Notes under the pieces: generated by a model | Database searches by the model: none | What the model was told of the DNA's origin: nothing | The model's input: the letters and a program-made list of their open reading frames with translations, nothing else | Program-made: the position numbers and the translations under genes | Source of the DNA: Chrysomallon squamiferum | Lineage: Eukaryota; Animalia; Mollusca | Length of the DNA: 64,000 nt | Assembly (NCBI GenBank): GCA_012295275.1 | Contig: CM022671.1 | Span: 1,488,001-1,552,000, forward strand | Direction: 5' to 3' | Part shown: piece after piece, positions 15,816-29,709 of the stretch | How positions within the stretch are numbered: the first letter of the stretch is position 1 | Layout: each line of letters begins with the position of its first letter

Positions 15816-18321
15816 CGAAAGCAAAACTCAAGATGCATGAATATTAAATGACGCGCCTATAAAGTAACATCGATTAATGGTGAAAATTATATTTTTTCCT
15901 GTCCTTTTTTTATTTTCCTTCTTCTTCTTCTTCTCATTTTTTTCTTCTTCGCTCTTTTGTTTTCTTTAAAAACTCTCCATGCTCTTTTGTCCCTACCTGT
16001 GTAGCTCCCTCTAGCGAGCCTACTCTCCGTCTTTATTTAACGTCAGTAATAAAAAAAGATAAAAACGTCGTTGTTTTATTTCCAATTGTTTCCAGTTTTA
16101 CCAGCAAACAATAGACGTTCCGAGCAACATGGTGGCCGTTCATCTTCAGACGAGAGGTAATATTTTCTGAATCACTTCTGCCACAAAGCGGCTCGGCTCT
16201 CCAGAGGTTGATTGTCGCAATCGCATTCTCGTGAAGAGCGAATTTAACTCTTGATTCTCGTCTGGAAGACTGCAGGTCTTTTGTTCCCCTCCAGAAACAT
16301 GCACAACTTCGTAGATGCTCTGCTGGCTTAAAAGAGAATCCTCTGTGTTCAGCCCCTTCAGTTCTGTGTGCGTGACAACGCTGCGCTGGGTGAAACGGTG
16401 TCTGCGATATAGGTTTTCCATGTAGCTCGCGCCTGAGTACTTCAGGGGGTTTAACTCGAGGCGAAAACGAAACTCTTCACGACTAAGTAAAAAAAAAAAA
16501 AAAAAAAAAACACGACAAAAGACAGCTTGTTTAAGAAAATGCATTTAACAGGTAGCAGTTGGCGTCAAAGTGTCTTTGTAGGACTTTTTGTTTTCCTCGC
16601 AGTACAAAGGTTTTTAAACGACTTTCAATAGAGAAACATAATGTTTTTCTTCTTTTTTTTTTTCTTTCGTATTTTCTTTTTACTGTTAAGAAAAAAATCG
16701 TTATCGTTAATTAAAAGTGTTGACAAGGTTACACACCTTTGTTGCCGCTGAACGAGGCAAAGCGCCTGTATATGACTTGTTAATATAGTGTACAGAAATT
16801 AATATAATGAATATATTGAAATTAATATAATGAATATTATATCTTTATAAAGAAAAAGAACTGAAACTTTTCAGAAAGAGTATCAAACACATATACATAC
16901 GCAATCAAGATTCCATTCACAGGCACATATAAAGACACACACACTTACATGCATACATACATACATACATACATACATACATACATACAGAAACAGATAT
17001 TTTTATTATTTAGCTATTCCTGAGTTATCGTTCTTCAGAAGAAAGTGTTGAGCCTTTTTTGGAGGAGAACAGTTTCATAGTTTGTGATACGCAGTTTGAA
17101 TTTGATTTTACCTAAATTACCAAATGACCCGTCGTTCTTCTGCTTCCATTAGTTCTTCACATGGTTAGAGGTTCATCCAGCATTTCGGGAAAACGTGCTG
17201 GGCGCAAACGAAATAAGTTTGATAGTAATAATATTCATAAAAACGACGATAATAGCAACAACAATGACAGTAATAAAATTACTGTAGAACTAGCTCTTGA
17301 CAGGTAAGTGTATTCATCTAACTGTTTCGTGCCACAGCCTGTGTCCCGTGATTTCTTTCTTCTCAAAGATCTGCTGGCCTGTATTCCGAAATTAAATGTA
17401 AAAAAAACTACTGCAATAACTCTAAACAGAGAAGCCCATTGTGCGATAGCAGCTAGTGTTTTCCGTTTTCGTTTTGAAAACAGTCTTTAACCATAATTTA
17501 TTTATACATATGATACCTGTACACTGCGCATTTAAAATGTGTTTGTGGTCGTTAATTATATATATATATATATTATTTAGTGTAATTTTTTGTTCTTTTA
17601 TATTATAACAAAATTCACTATTTGAGGCAAGCAGTCAGCCAGAGCGAGGTTCGTTATGCGCGAGCTAAATGCGCAATCGACCTGGGAGACAGCGGATTCA
17701 AGTGACTGCTCTTGTTCACGTGAGATAAATAAATTGCTCATTAATAGTAGATGCCCTTGTTTGGTTCTGTCGATGTGGCGTTCCCACAGGTATCTCCCTG
17801 ATTGTCGTATCGTTTTCATTTCATTACGGATATTGAAAATTGTGTACATTGCTAGAGCTTTCACGAGCGATCGCTGTTCGCCATTCTCAGTCAGCCGATT
17901 GATATGCATAAGCAGTGTCACAACGAGTATTCTCCGGCAACGCTCGGCAATTCCCGGAGGTGTGCGCCAATCCCCGGTGGGCTATAAACTTTTCCGAGTT
18001 CGCTTCGAACAAACGGATGTAATGTTTGTGAGTCATGATCATGTCAACAGAGAAGAAAATACCTCAACTCTGGTTACTGAATGTGAAAAAAGAGAGAATA
18101 ATAATAAAAAAAAAAATTAGAAAGAAAAAGACCGAGTGAGTTCATTTATGGGAATTAAATGGGTTAGTTTACGTGTGGGTTAAGAGATTGGAATACAGCC
18201 CGCCTAGCCATCTGCCGAACAAAGACGAGATCAGGTTCTTTTTTTTTTCATCCGAAATGTATCGAACGTAATTAATATTGTAGGTGCATGCAAACACAGG
18301 CTCGGTTTGTGGCATCGCCTG

Positions 18322-18366
<45 letters not shown>

Positions 18367-18434
18367 TATTATTATTATTGTTGTTGTTATTATTATTATT
18401 ATTATTATCATTATTATTATTATTATTATTATTA

Positions 18435-18478
<44 letters not shown>

Positions 18479-18527
18479 GTTATTATCATTATTATTATTA
18501 TCATTATTATTATTATTATTATTATTA

Positions 18528-18573
<46 letters not shown>
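18322..18573. repeat. Compound (ATT)n/(ATC) microsatellite, ~250 bp
   Basis: Trinucleotide run; source of the poly-I/L/Y ORFs. Confidence 0.97.
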
Positions 18574-18574
<1 letters not shown>

Positions 18575-19756
18575 GCGGCTGTAAAAGCATTTGCAGGAGT
18601 AATAACAGTAGATGAAGGCAAATATGCGAGTGTGTGTGTGTGAATGTGAGATAGTGGTGGGTGGGAGTGGAACGTTGGGGAGAAAGAGTGTACACGCTTG
18701 TTTCGACTACGTACGCAGTGCATATTAATTTTATTTGATTAATAACAGGAGTCTGTACCTTGGTGTTACAGGGTCAGATTTGTTACTCTAATTAAAAACA
18801 CGTTAAATCAGCTATCGTTATTTTATTGATATTCGGCCCGCATCATTATCTTTACTATCCTCAGAAAGAATCAATTACTGAGATTGCATGCTAACAGTTT
18901 ACGCGTTCTTAGGCAGCGCTAGCCACGGAAACGTGGATAAACCTGCATTTACACAGAGTGCTTTGTTTTATTTCTGAGCTAACCGCCCAGCCGTACCCGA
19001 TTTTTCAGTTAATTTTCTGGCGCATCTTTTACTTATTTATTTATTTACTTGCTTATTTATTTATTTATTTACTTATTTATTTATTTGTTTTTTACGTTGT
19101 ACGTAGATGTTTGTAATGTGGGATGAAAGACATTTTATTACTTCTACTGCTGATGACAACTAATATGATGATGATCAGCGTCTTGCAATTACGTAATGAT
19201 GACGACATTGATGACGATGTTCAAAGTGATCTGGAATGCGACGAAGAGTGCAAATATGTCATTTACGACGTGAACGACGTCAAGAATGAAAATGGACATT
19301 TTGACACTGTATTATAAATATGAAATCGATTTCTTTTTTATGAAATAATAATATTTTTGTGAAATCGTTATATTTGTACATACTGACATGTGTTTGTGTT
19401 GTTGGCTTTGTTTTTGTACGTTTGCACATTTTTTATGACTGGTTACCTGACGTACTCGTTAACATGTGCGTATGTGTGTCTGCCTACGATGCGTGCATGT
19501 GTTAGTAAAAATTCAGTTTAAAAATGTATAAGAAGAAAATAAGAACAACATAAAAATTTTGTTAAACAAAAATTTAACCTTTCTAAACTATTTAACATTT
19601 AAACTTTAAACCCAACACCTCTACCTTTTTTATTCTTTTTTTTTTTTTTACTCAAGAGTTACCACCCTTTCTGAGCTCTTTAACTAACTTCTCTTTCTAG
19701 AAAGTGCACAGCGTGAAGGAGGTGTGTAATTTTGGGGCGGTCTTTTTTTTTTCTTT

Positions 19757-19789
<33 letters not shown>

Positions 19790-20819
19790 CTTCGTCATTG
19801 CAAAAAGGAACAACTTTATTTTTTTCAATTAAACTACCAAGTCGCAATCTTTCTTACCAAAAGACCATTTTAATTCTGTTTCTATTAAGCTGGTTACTCG
19901 TTGTAAAGGCTAACACTCAACCTCACGGTCTTTTCACTGCAATTTAAATGGACGGGAAGGCAAGCATTATAGAAACTCTCGCAACAAAACGCTACATAAT
20001 TATTATTGGCCTGTTGTTCGCGTTTATCCATACATATTCTCTACACTTTAAGTTTCTATACAGTAGACTTTTAACCAAAACGGCCTGTCATTTAAAGCCT
20101 ACAAAACACAAGTTAGCGGGGTTTTCCTATACATACACTGAAGAGCGGCTCGGTTTATAATGGAGTGCGACAAATGAAACGTACTGAGTTCATTCATCGC
20201 GCATCGACCGGCATTACACCGCCATTGTGCTCAGCGTTCACGGAGTGTTTTGTTAGCCCAGCAGGGGGCGCAATCTCGCGGTTGTTTCCGTGATACACGA
20301 AGCTGCGCATTTGAGTGTTTAGTACTGTCTAACCGAGTCGAACACCTTTTCATAAACAACAGCAATGAATTTTTAATGACGCGGTGTATTGAGAGACACA
20401 CTGGCGTGGCTTGAAATACAGTACGGGTGCAAAGAATTAAAAAATATAAAATAAAATAATAATAATAAAAAATAATAATAATAAAATATAATAATAGTAA
20501 TAAAAAAAAAAAATAAATAAAAAAAATAAAAACCTTAGTAATTGATGTTACAAAAGTGTAGTCTGTGTTATCAAGTTAGGTTTTGCTTTGTTTTTTGTTT
20601 TATTTTTCGAGAACTGCACAAATTGGTATTTCTGATTACAGAACCATTTTAATATATGTTCTTTTGTCTTCTCGTTTGTGTTTATTTACTTATTTCTTTC
20701 CTTACTGTTTGTTTGATTATTTATTTTATTTTACGTTTTCACATGAGTACTACCAGTAACATAACAAATAACAAATTATAATCCTAATACTTTTTAAAGA
20801 TTTATTCTTGTCTAAATTA

Positions 20820-21239
20820 ATCTTGTATATATTTGTATATAGCTACCTAGTCTGGTATACCTTTATATGACTGTCTACTCTGTATCTCTGCATTTGATTA
20901 TCTAGTCTGTGTATAAATTAATATGATTATCTCGTTTTGTATATCTTGTATAATTATCTTGAACACCTTTATATAATTACCTGGTCTTGAATAACTACCT
21001 GTGTGAAAATAACTACATTGTCCATGTATATCTGTATACAACTTCTTAGTCTTGTGTATCTGTATATGACTACATAGTTTTATATATCTGCATATGACTG
21101 TATAGTCCTGTATAACTTATACATTGCTACCTAGTTTTGTATATCAGTACGTAACTACCATGTCCAGCTGCAAATGACTTCTGTATATGAATACCTAGTC
21201 TGTGTCAACATGAATATTAGTTTTGTATATTTGAATGCA
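20820..21239. repeat. Degenerate ~28 bp tandem repeat (TGTATATCTGTATATGACTACCTAGTC-like), a diverged relative of the adjacent minisatellite
   Basis: Recurrent units such as TATATATCTGCATATGACTGTATAGTCC, GTGTATCTGTATATGACTACATAGTT and GTATACCTTTATATGACTGTCTACTC align to the young unit. Confidence 0.65.
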
Positions 21240-22736
21240 GTGTGTGACTGTCTGGTCTCTGTCTGTGTACACCTGTGTGACTGTCTGGTCTCTGTCTGTG
21301 TACACCTGTGTGACTGTCTGGTATCTCTGCCTGTGTACACCTGTGTGTGACTGTCTGGTTTCTGTGTACACCTGTGTGTGACTGTCTTGTCTCTGTCTGT
21401 GTACACCTGTATGACTGTCTGGTATCTGCCTGTGTACACCTGTGTGACTGTCTTGTCTCTGTCTGTGTACACCTGTGTGTGACTGTCTTGTCTCTGTCTG
21501 TGTACACCTGTGTGACTGTCTGGTATCTGCCTGTGTACACCTGTGTGACTGTCTGTGTACACCTGTGTGTGACTGTCTGGTTTCTGTGTACACCTGTGTG
21601 TGACTGTCTGTGTACACCTGTGTGTGACTGTCTGGTCTCTGTCTGTGTACACCTGTGTGTGACTGTCTGGTTTCTGTGTACACCTGTGTGTGACTGTCTG
21701 TGTACACCTGTGTGTGACTGTCTGGTCTCTGTCTGTGTACACCTGTGTGTGACTGTCTGGTATCTGTGTACACCTGTGTGACTTTCTGGTCTCTGTCTGT
21801 GTACACCTGTGTGTGACTGTCTTGTCTCTATGTACACCTGTGTGACTGTCTGGTCTCTGTGTACACCTGTGTGTGACTGTCTGGTATCTGTCTGTGTACA
21901 CCTGTGTGACTGTCTGGTATCTGTCTGTGTACACCTGTGTGTGACTGTCTGGTCTCTGTCTGTGTACACCTGTGTGTGACTGTCTGGTATATGTCTGTGT
22001 ACACCTGTGTGTGACTGTCTGGTCTCTGTCTGTGTACACCTGTGTGTGACTGTCTGGTATCTGTCTGTGTACACCTGTGTGTGACTGTCTGGTCTCTGTG
22101 TACACCTGTGTGACTGTCTGGTCTCTGTGTACACCTGTGTGTCTGTCTGGTATCTGTCTGTGTACACCTGTGTGTGACTGTCTGGTCTCTGTGTACACCT
22201 GTGTGTGACTGTCTGGTATCTGTCTGTGTACACCTGTGTGACTGTCTTGTCTCTGTGTACACCTGTGTGTGACTGTCTGGTATCTGTCTGTGTACACCTG
22301 TGTGACTGTCTGCTCTCTGTGTACACCTGTGTGTGACTGTCTGGTATCTCTGTGTACACCTGTGTGTGACTGTCTGGTATCTGTCTGTGTACACCTGTGT
22401 GACTGTCTGGTCTCTGTGTACACCTGTGTGTGACTGTCTTGTCTCTATCTGTGTACACCTGTGTGTGACTGTCTGGTATCTGTCTGTGTACACCTGTGTG
22501 ACTGTCTGGTCTCTGTCTGTGTACACCTGTGTGACTGTCTGGTCTCTGTCTGTGTACACCTGTGTGTGACTGTCTGGTCTCTGTCTGTGTACTGTGACTG
22601 TCTGGTCTCTGTGTGTGTACACCTGTGTGACTGTCTGGTATCTGTGTGTGTACACCTGTGTGTGACTGTCTGGTCTCTGTCTGTGTACACCTGAGTGACT
22701 GTCTGGTCTCTGTCTGTGTACACCTGTGTGTGACTG
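21240..22736. repeat. Minisatellite, variable ~22-36 bp unit GTGTACACCTGTGT(GT)GACTGTCTGGT(C/A)TCTGTCTGT, roughly 45-50 copies
   Basis: Directly visible tandem array; it generates the long repetitive ORFs 21155-22806 in the track. Confidence 0.97.
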
Positions 22737-25199
22737 GTGAATGACCCTGCATGTTTTCTGAAAGCCTACTTCTACACAATCCACACTTGAGATGTCGTTG
22801 TAACAAAACGGTTGTCAGGCTTTCACTCTCCGCTGAACAGTTTTACTAGAGGCGGGTTTGGGAGGAGACACTTTTTTCTCGTTTCTCTTTTGTTTCTTCA
22901 GTTGACACTTACGAGCCATATTGCGTCTTTTTCACGCATTTCGGCTCAATAGACATTCTCCAGCGCTCCTTTTTCAGTACTTCGTAACCCCGTTTTAAAT
23001 AATTTGGCATAATGTTTCGAGTAATTAGGCCCTCATTTTTCCATTTTCTGGTTCTGTGTTTGTAGTCGTTTTTTTTTTTTTTTTCGTGAAGTATTTTGAT
23101 ATTTCTAGTTTTAAGAGCTGTTCATTTTTAACAGAATTATGATTAAGTCGGATTCAATAGTTTGGTTATAAAATAGATTGTCAAATACAGGCGAGTGTCA
23201 AGTACTCTGAAACACACAGCTACACAAATCAGGTTCACACATATAGATCTGTAGATACCAGACAGTCATAGAAAACACTAGGTATGTCTCAGGTAATCAC
23301 AGGTCCCCACAAACCGAAAAACATAGGTATATTTATTTATTTATTTATTTATTTGTTTATGTGTTTGTATGTTTGTTTGTTTGTTTTTTATTTATTTGTT
23401 TGTTTGGTTGTTTGTTTGTTTATTTATTTATTTACATATTTACTTACTTACTTATTACTTATTTTTTCTGGAAAGATGGGGGTATTAATTATTGATTTAT
23501 TAATTCGTTAATCTATTTATTTCATGGTATATTCCTGATTGTTTATTTGTTGTTGGTTTTGGGGGAGTTTTTTTGGTTTCTTCTCTCGTTTTTTTCTTCA
23601 GTATATTTCTTTAATTTTACAAACCTTTTTTATTTTCATATTTTTTTTTGTAAAACAAAACTAATTTTGAAATTACTCAAAAAATAACACTGTCTTTTTT
23701 TATCCATCGATTATATTTCTTTAATTTTTCTGTATTTAAACTTCTAACAATGAAATATATATATATATAACTTTTTTTTTAACCTTTAGCGATGATTACA
23801 GAAAACTAAATAAATAACTACACAACTGAAAAACTTATTGACGATGTTAAATCGAAAGTTTATCTTTTTCTTCCCTCACTCACTGTTCAAGAAAAACCTA
23901 AATAAATCAAAGTGTGAAGGAAAAAGTACACAAAGGTCGACCAATAACTTAATCATACAAATCGATCGTATGCACTCGAATTTACGAAAGCATACAAATA
24001 ATAAACATTATTGTGCTATATTGCTTTAAAATGTCAGAGTATCGCAGCGTCAACTACGCATGTCAGAAGAGTGACGCCGCGGTAGACGTTGCTCAAAAGG
24101 TTGCAGTGACGAGGACGTCCGGTGTTCAACGGTTTTAAATTCAGACGGATTGTTTCTTTCTTGTCTTCACTTAAACCTGATCGCTTCTTAACAGTTTGAG
24201 ATAAACACTGAGACGTTTTTCTTCTTCATCTGTCCCACGTTCAGCCTGTCCGCCTCTTCTTTGTCTTCTAAATTGTTGTTTAATAATTCAGTCGAGCTTT
24301 TATTTGTTTGTTTCTTCTTCTTCTTCTTCTTTTTTCTTTCTTTCTGAAATCTCACTAATGTGATATTTTGACTGCAAAACATAATTTTTTATATTTTATT
24401 TTATTAATCTGCGCTAAGTTGGAATTTAAATCAAAATTTCTGTCTGAACGTACGTCTGTCGTTGTGTTTTCAAACGGCAGTTTAATAATTATTGTTTAGC
24501 TTGTAAAGGATTTAATTAAAATAAATGCATCTGTCTGTTTATCTGTCTGTCCTTATTTTCAACTCCTAAGAGTCCACGCTCAAGGGCAACTACTCTGTCA
24601 CTGGTTCTTTAAACAGTTATTTGTATTTCAACCATACTTTAAAATTATATATAAATAAATAAGTAGAACTGGACCACATATAGCAGTCTGTTGATATAAT
24701 AATACAAATGTGCTGTAATGAAGCTTTGTGATTAATGTGATATGATATAGCATTGCGTATCACAGAATAATAACAGTACGGCACTGCAAAGTATAGTATG
24801 GTATGGTTGGTTTGCTATCATAGCCGAGGCACAGTACAATTCAGTGCTGTATAGTGCAGTATGATACAGTACAGTACAGTACAGCAGTATAGTGCAGCAT
24901 TGTATTGTCATGTATATGTATGACTGTCTCACTTGTGTGTGAGTATATATTTACATTTGAAGTTGCTGTACTATGACATTTTATAAAACATTTGTGTTTA
25001 TTATTTTTTTTTGTTTTTTTTTAACTTACACACCAACATATATATACAAATTATATTTATTGATACATGATCAGTATTTTTACTTAATCTAACGGATATG
25101 ACTAATCATCTTCATCAGATTAGCGTTTATTAGCTCACAGATCAGTTGTCTAACATTAACTTGTATTCAGAAGCCATCATCATCTAGATCAACCTGACA

Positions 25200-25355
25200 C
25201 GCCCTTAATCCTCGGATTATCTCTAGGATTATCCACAACAGTTTCGGTGTTGAAAAGAAAGTGAGATTATCGCCTCGTAAACGATTATTGGTTTGGCTTT
25301 ATACATTAATCTCGCTTATCATTGTGTTTTAGGCTAATCGTGAGGATAATCGTGT
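25200..25355. promoter_or_regulatory. Candidate enhancer: cluster of K50-homeodomain-type TAATCC/GGATTA and TAATC/GATTA sites
   Basis: TAATCCTCGGATTA 25206-25219, GGATTA ~25226, GAGATTA ~25263, CGATTA ~25282, TAATCT ~25307, TAATCG ~25335 and ~25347. Confidence 0.45.
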
Positions 25356-25502
25356 GGGTTTTGGTAAAACCATGCTGATCATAATCAACGTGTATACAGA
25401 CGTCACACTTCAACTGTTGACATTTATTGGATTTGCCTTTCCTAAAGCGCTCGAAAGTAAACCGTAACATGTGTGTTTGTTAACAGTATGGAAATAGCCA
25501 AT

Positions 25503-25552
<50 letters not shown>

Positions 25553-25714
25553 GATAATAATAATAATAACAACAACAGCAAAAAATAATAATAATAATTT
25601 TAATTAAAGGAACAACAACAAAAACAAAACAAGTAATTATAATAATAATAATAAGTAACTAAAATAAAGAGAGAAAGAGGAACAGTAATATTAAAAAAGA
25701 AAGACAAGTAATTG

Positions 25715-25945
25715 TACACTGGCAGAAAGACAGACAGAGAGAAGTACAATGAAAATAAAGAGAGACAGAGTGAAGTACACTTATTGGGAGGCAAAGAGAG
25801 ACAGAAAGAAGTAGAATCATAACCTGAAAGTCAAAGAGAGACAGAGTGAAGTACACTGAAAAAAAAGAGAGACAGAGAGAAGTACACTGAAAGTAAAGAG
25901 AGACAGAGTGAAGAAGAGTGAAAGAGTAAAGAGAGACAGAGTGAG
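25715..25945. repeat. Purine-rich minisatellite, ~30 bp unit AAAGAGAGACAGAG(T/A)GAAGTACACTGA, about 6-7 imperfect copies
   Basis: AGAGAGACAGAG(T/A)GAAG(TACAC) recurs at about 25760, 25835, 25866, 25897 and 25930. Confidence 0.8.
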
Positions 25946-26967
25946 TTTACAAGTGACATGAATCAAGTGGTAAGAAGTAAAAAATAAAGAAGAAATAAAT
26001 TATTATTCTGTGCTGTTTTTGTATTTTCTTATTATTTTTAAATGTACGTTTTCCCTTATTTCGCTGTCTGTGAAAGAAGATAACACAAACAACATTTGCT
26101 TGTGAACTGTTTGTCTTAATACTTATCTCCTTCCCCGACATTTATCTTCTTGTCATTTTCATATTAAACAATAAATATATCATGCAGCTAAATCGCCATT
26201 TTTTACGTCTATAAAGAATCAAGATTTAATCCTTTATTATTACGTTTATAGACCTCTATTTCTTGTCTATATTCTTCCTCTTACTCTTTTTATTTTCTCA
26301 AAATTTCTTATGACTGTGTCCTTAATCAGATAATATTAAATAATTCTATTGTTTGTTTTTTTTTTTTTTTTTTTTTTTGTGATTTGAACGTCTGTCTGTC
26401 TGACTGTCGACGTGTTTGTTTTTTCACTTCGCTTTACACGTCCTGAAATTTCGTGTCGCTCTCTCTAGAATCAGTCGATATTAAATCCTTCGCCTGTTTG
26501 CCGACTCTTTGCAACATGCAGTAATCTGTCGATTCTGCCGCGTATTAACTACAAGTATTGGCAAACACTGCGAGCGTGCTTAGCGCTAAACTTCTCAAAG
26601 AGAGAAAATTAATTTTTAACCTTTCAGCGAACCGAAACACATATAAGTGGAGGAGAGCCGGGAGTCGATCGAAAATCCCAACCTTTGAACTGTGCGGAAA
26701 AAGGAATTGATTTTTAATTACGTCGCGAATGTTTCAGACAGTAAAGATGATATTGAAATTATTATTTTATAATCTTCCGGGTTTAATCAGCGCTGGTCCG
26801 GAGAGCAGGATCGATCTTCTTCACAGAACTGTTCTGCTTTTTTCTTGTTCCAGCCGAGAATCGTTTATCAAAAGCCTTTCATGTATGTAGGAAGGTGTCT
26901 ATAAAGGATTTCTTGCTGCTGATGATTTTTTGTTGTATTATTTAACTGAAACAAAGCATTTTATGTG

Positions 26968-27299
<332 letters not shown>

Positions 27300-28599
27300 C
27301 AGAGACAGACAGACACATGGAGAGAGGATCCTGTTACACAAAAGAACACAATAAAAGATGAGAGAAGGACTGAACAATACAGTTATGTTTTATACATTGC
27401 GTACAGCACATCTCAGAACAATTAAAAATTCACCAATTTCACGAATGAGCATAATAAATGAATATTCGCATTGTTCTTCGCATAATGCTGAATGTGGGTT
27501 CTCTCTTGCGCAAAGAAGAATGGCGAACACGCTTAACTAACAAACGTCAAGCGAAACATTTCCCTTCAACGGCCCCGATCGCTGGCTACGAGTTAAAATA
27601 AATATTTAAAACTAGGAAAACTGTGCAGACTTTGTGAAAGAGAAAATATTGTTAATCTGTAGCAATTCTAAACAATCAAACCCTTTGATCATTGGTAAAC
27701 GCTTTGTGCACAATTCTGAGTTAGGAAAACAATACAAAATACATACCTTTTTTCAAAAAAATAAAAAAATAAAAAAATATTGGTTGCGCGTGCTTGGAGT
27801 TGTTAAGAAATAGAGACAGCGCGTGGCGTCATTTTCGTGCGCGAGCTGTCGTGCGCGTGCTGCAATCAAAGCGAGGCTATTAAGAATGCGCAAGCAAACT
27901 GTGACTGTATTCATTGTCGCGTTTTTTTGTTTTGTTTTTTATTCTTTTTATTTTTTATTTTTTTTTATTATTTTCTACTTTAAAAAAATAAAAATAATAA
28001 AATGAATATGCATTAAAGATTAATGAGCCGCTCTTCACAATTGAAGTGATAATCGCTGTAACAGATTTATTCATTTGCTGAAAATGGTTAAAGAGTTAGC
28101 TGTCTGGAGGAAAAATTCTTGTATTTGCATTCGTTAAACACCACCACTACTACTACAACTATTTCTACTACATGTACATCACTACTACAATTACTGTTAC
28201 TACCATCACCATCATTTGTACTACTATTACTACTAGTGTACTGATACTGCGACTAATGCTGTAACTTCTACTACTACCAGTAGTACTAATATTTCTACTG
28301 TACTAATACTGTTACCACTATCATTCTACGACCGCTGCTGCTACTACTACTATTACTGCTGCTGCTGCTGCTAATATTATTATTATTCCTGTTATTACTA
28401 AACTAACACTATGATTACACTACTATACGTACTTACTTTTACTACAATTACAACAATAAGAGTGAAAAAATAAACCTACTACTTTTATAACTACTTCTAC
28501 TTCACCAACATCTGCTATTATTAATATTTATACAATCACTGCAGCTACTACTGTTACTACCACAATGGATATGTCTGTTTATTATTATTGTTGTTACTA

Positions 28600-28828
<229 letters not shown>

Positions 28829-29397
28829 CTCTGGCTAATAAAAACATTTCTTATTTTAATTCCTATCTCACACTTTAACAACATCAGATTATCCATATAC
28901 CCCTAACATTTCGTCGTCACACTGAAAAATGCAAGAGACTTAATTGGATAAAGTCAGTAAATAAAGTTTTGTCCCGGTGAATGCATCTTCCATTCACAGC
29001 TGTGTTACAGTCGTGTCACTGGGACTTTTAATTACTCTCATGTTCATCACTGTGTTTGAGAACTGAGAAGAACTAACAGGCAGAGTGTTAAACGGGTATT
29101 GTAAGACGTTGAACAGTACCCCGCAGTTCCGCAAGCCGGGTACCCCGTGTGCGGGTATCTTTACCTTACAGGTTTCTCTTGTCAAGTAAATAAATGAAAT
29201 AAAAAAATCGTGTTCTCGGATTAAGACTAATCACAGACGTCAGGGTGGACTGTGTTGACGTTTAGCCGGATTATCAGCTAGAAATGATTGAACGAACGTG
29301 AGGAATGATTGCAGTCGGTAATTGTCGTTTTGCGTTATCAGTGGCCTATTGTAGTTTAGTGTGAAAGAGGTTGTAGTAATTACTGTGTTTAGTTGTT

Positions 29398-29709
<312 letters not shown>

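Noticed and set aside
17598-18120. 154-aa and 107-aa ORFs in a CpG island (likewise 3850-4158, 49105-49564, 50659-51048, 53274-53672 and 57950-58402)
   Set aside because: No recognisable domain, splice structure or codon bias; overlapping ORFs on both strands are expected in GC-richer islands.
21240-22736. CRISPR-like appearance of a ~30 bp repeat with an internal palindrome
   Set aside because: No unique spacers, no cas genes, and a spliced eukaryotic context.
21155-22806. Long minus-strand ORFs (529, 422, 318 and 203 aa) with HRCTQTETRQS / VYTDR repeats
   Set aside because: All three frames are open because the minisatellite unit lacks stop triplets on that strand, and 2- and 4-nt unit indels ignore frame, so there is no sign of coding constraint.
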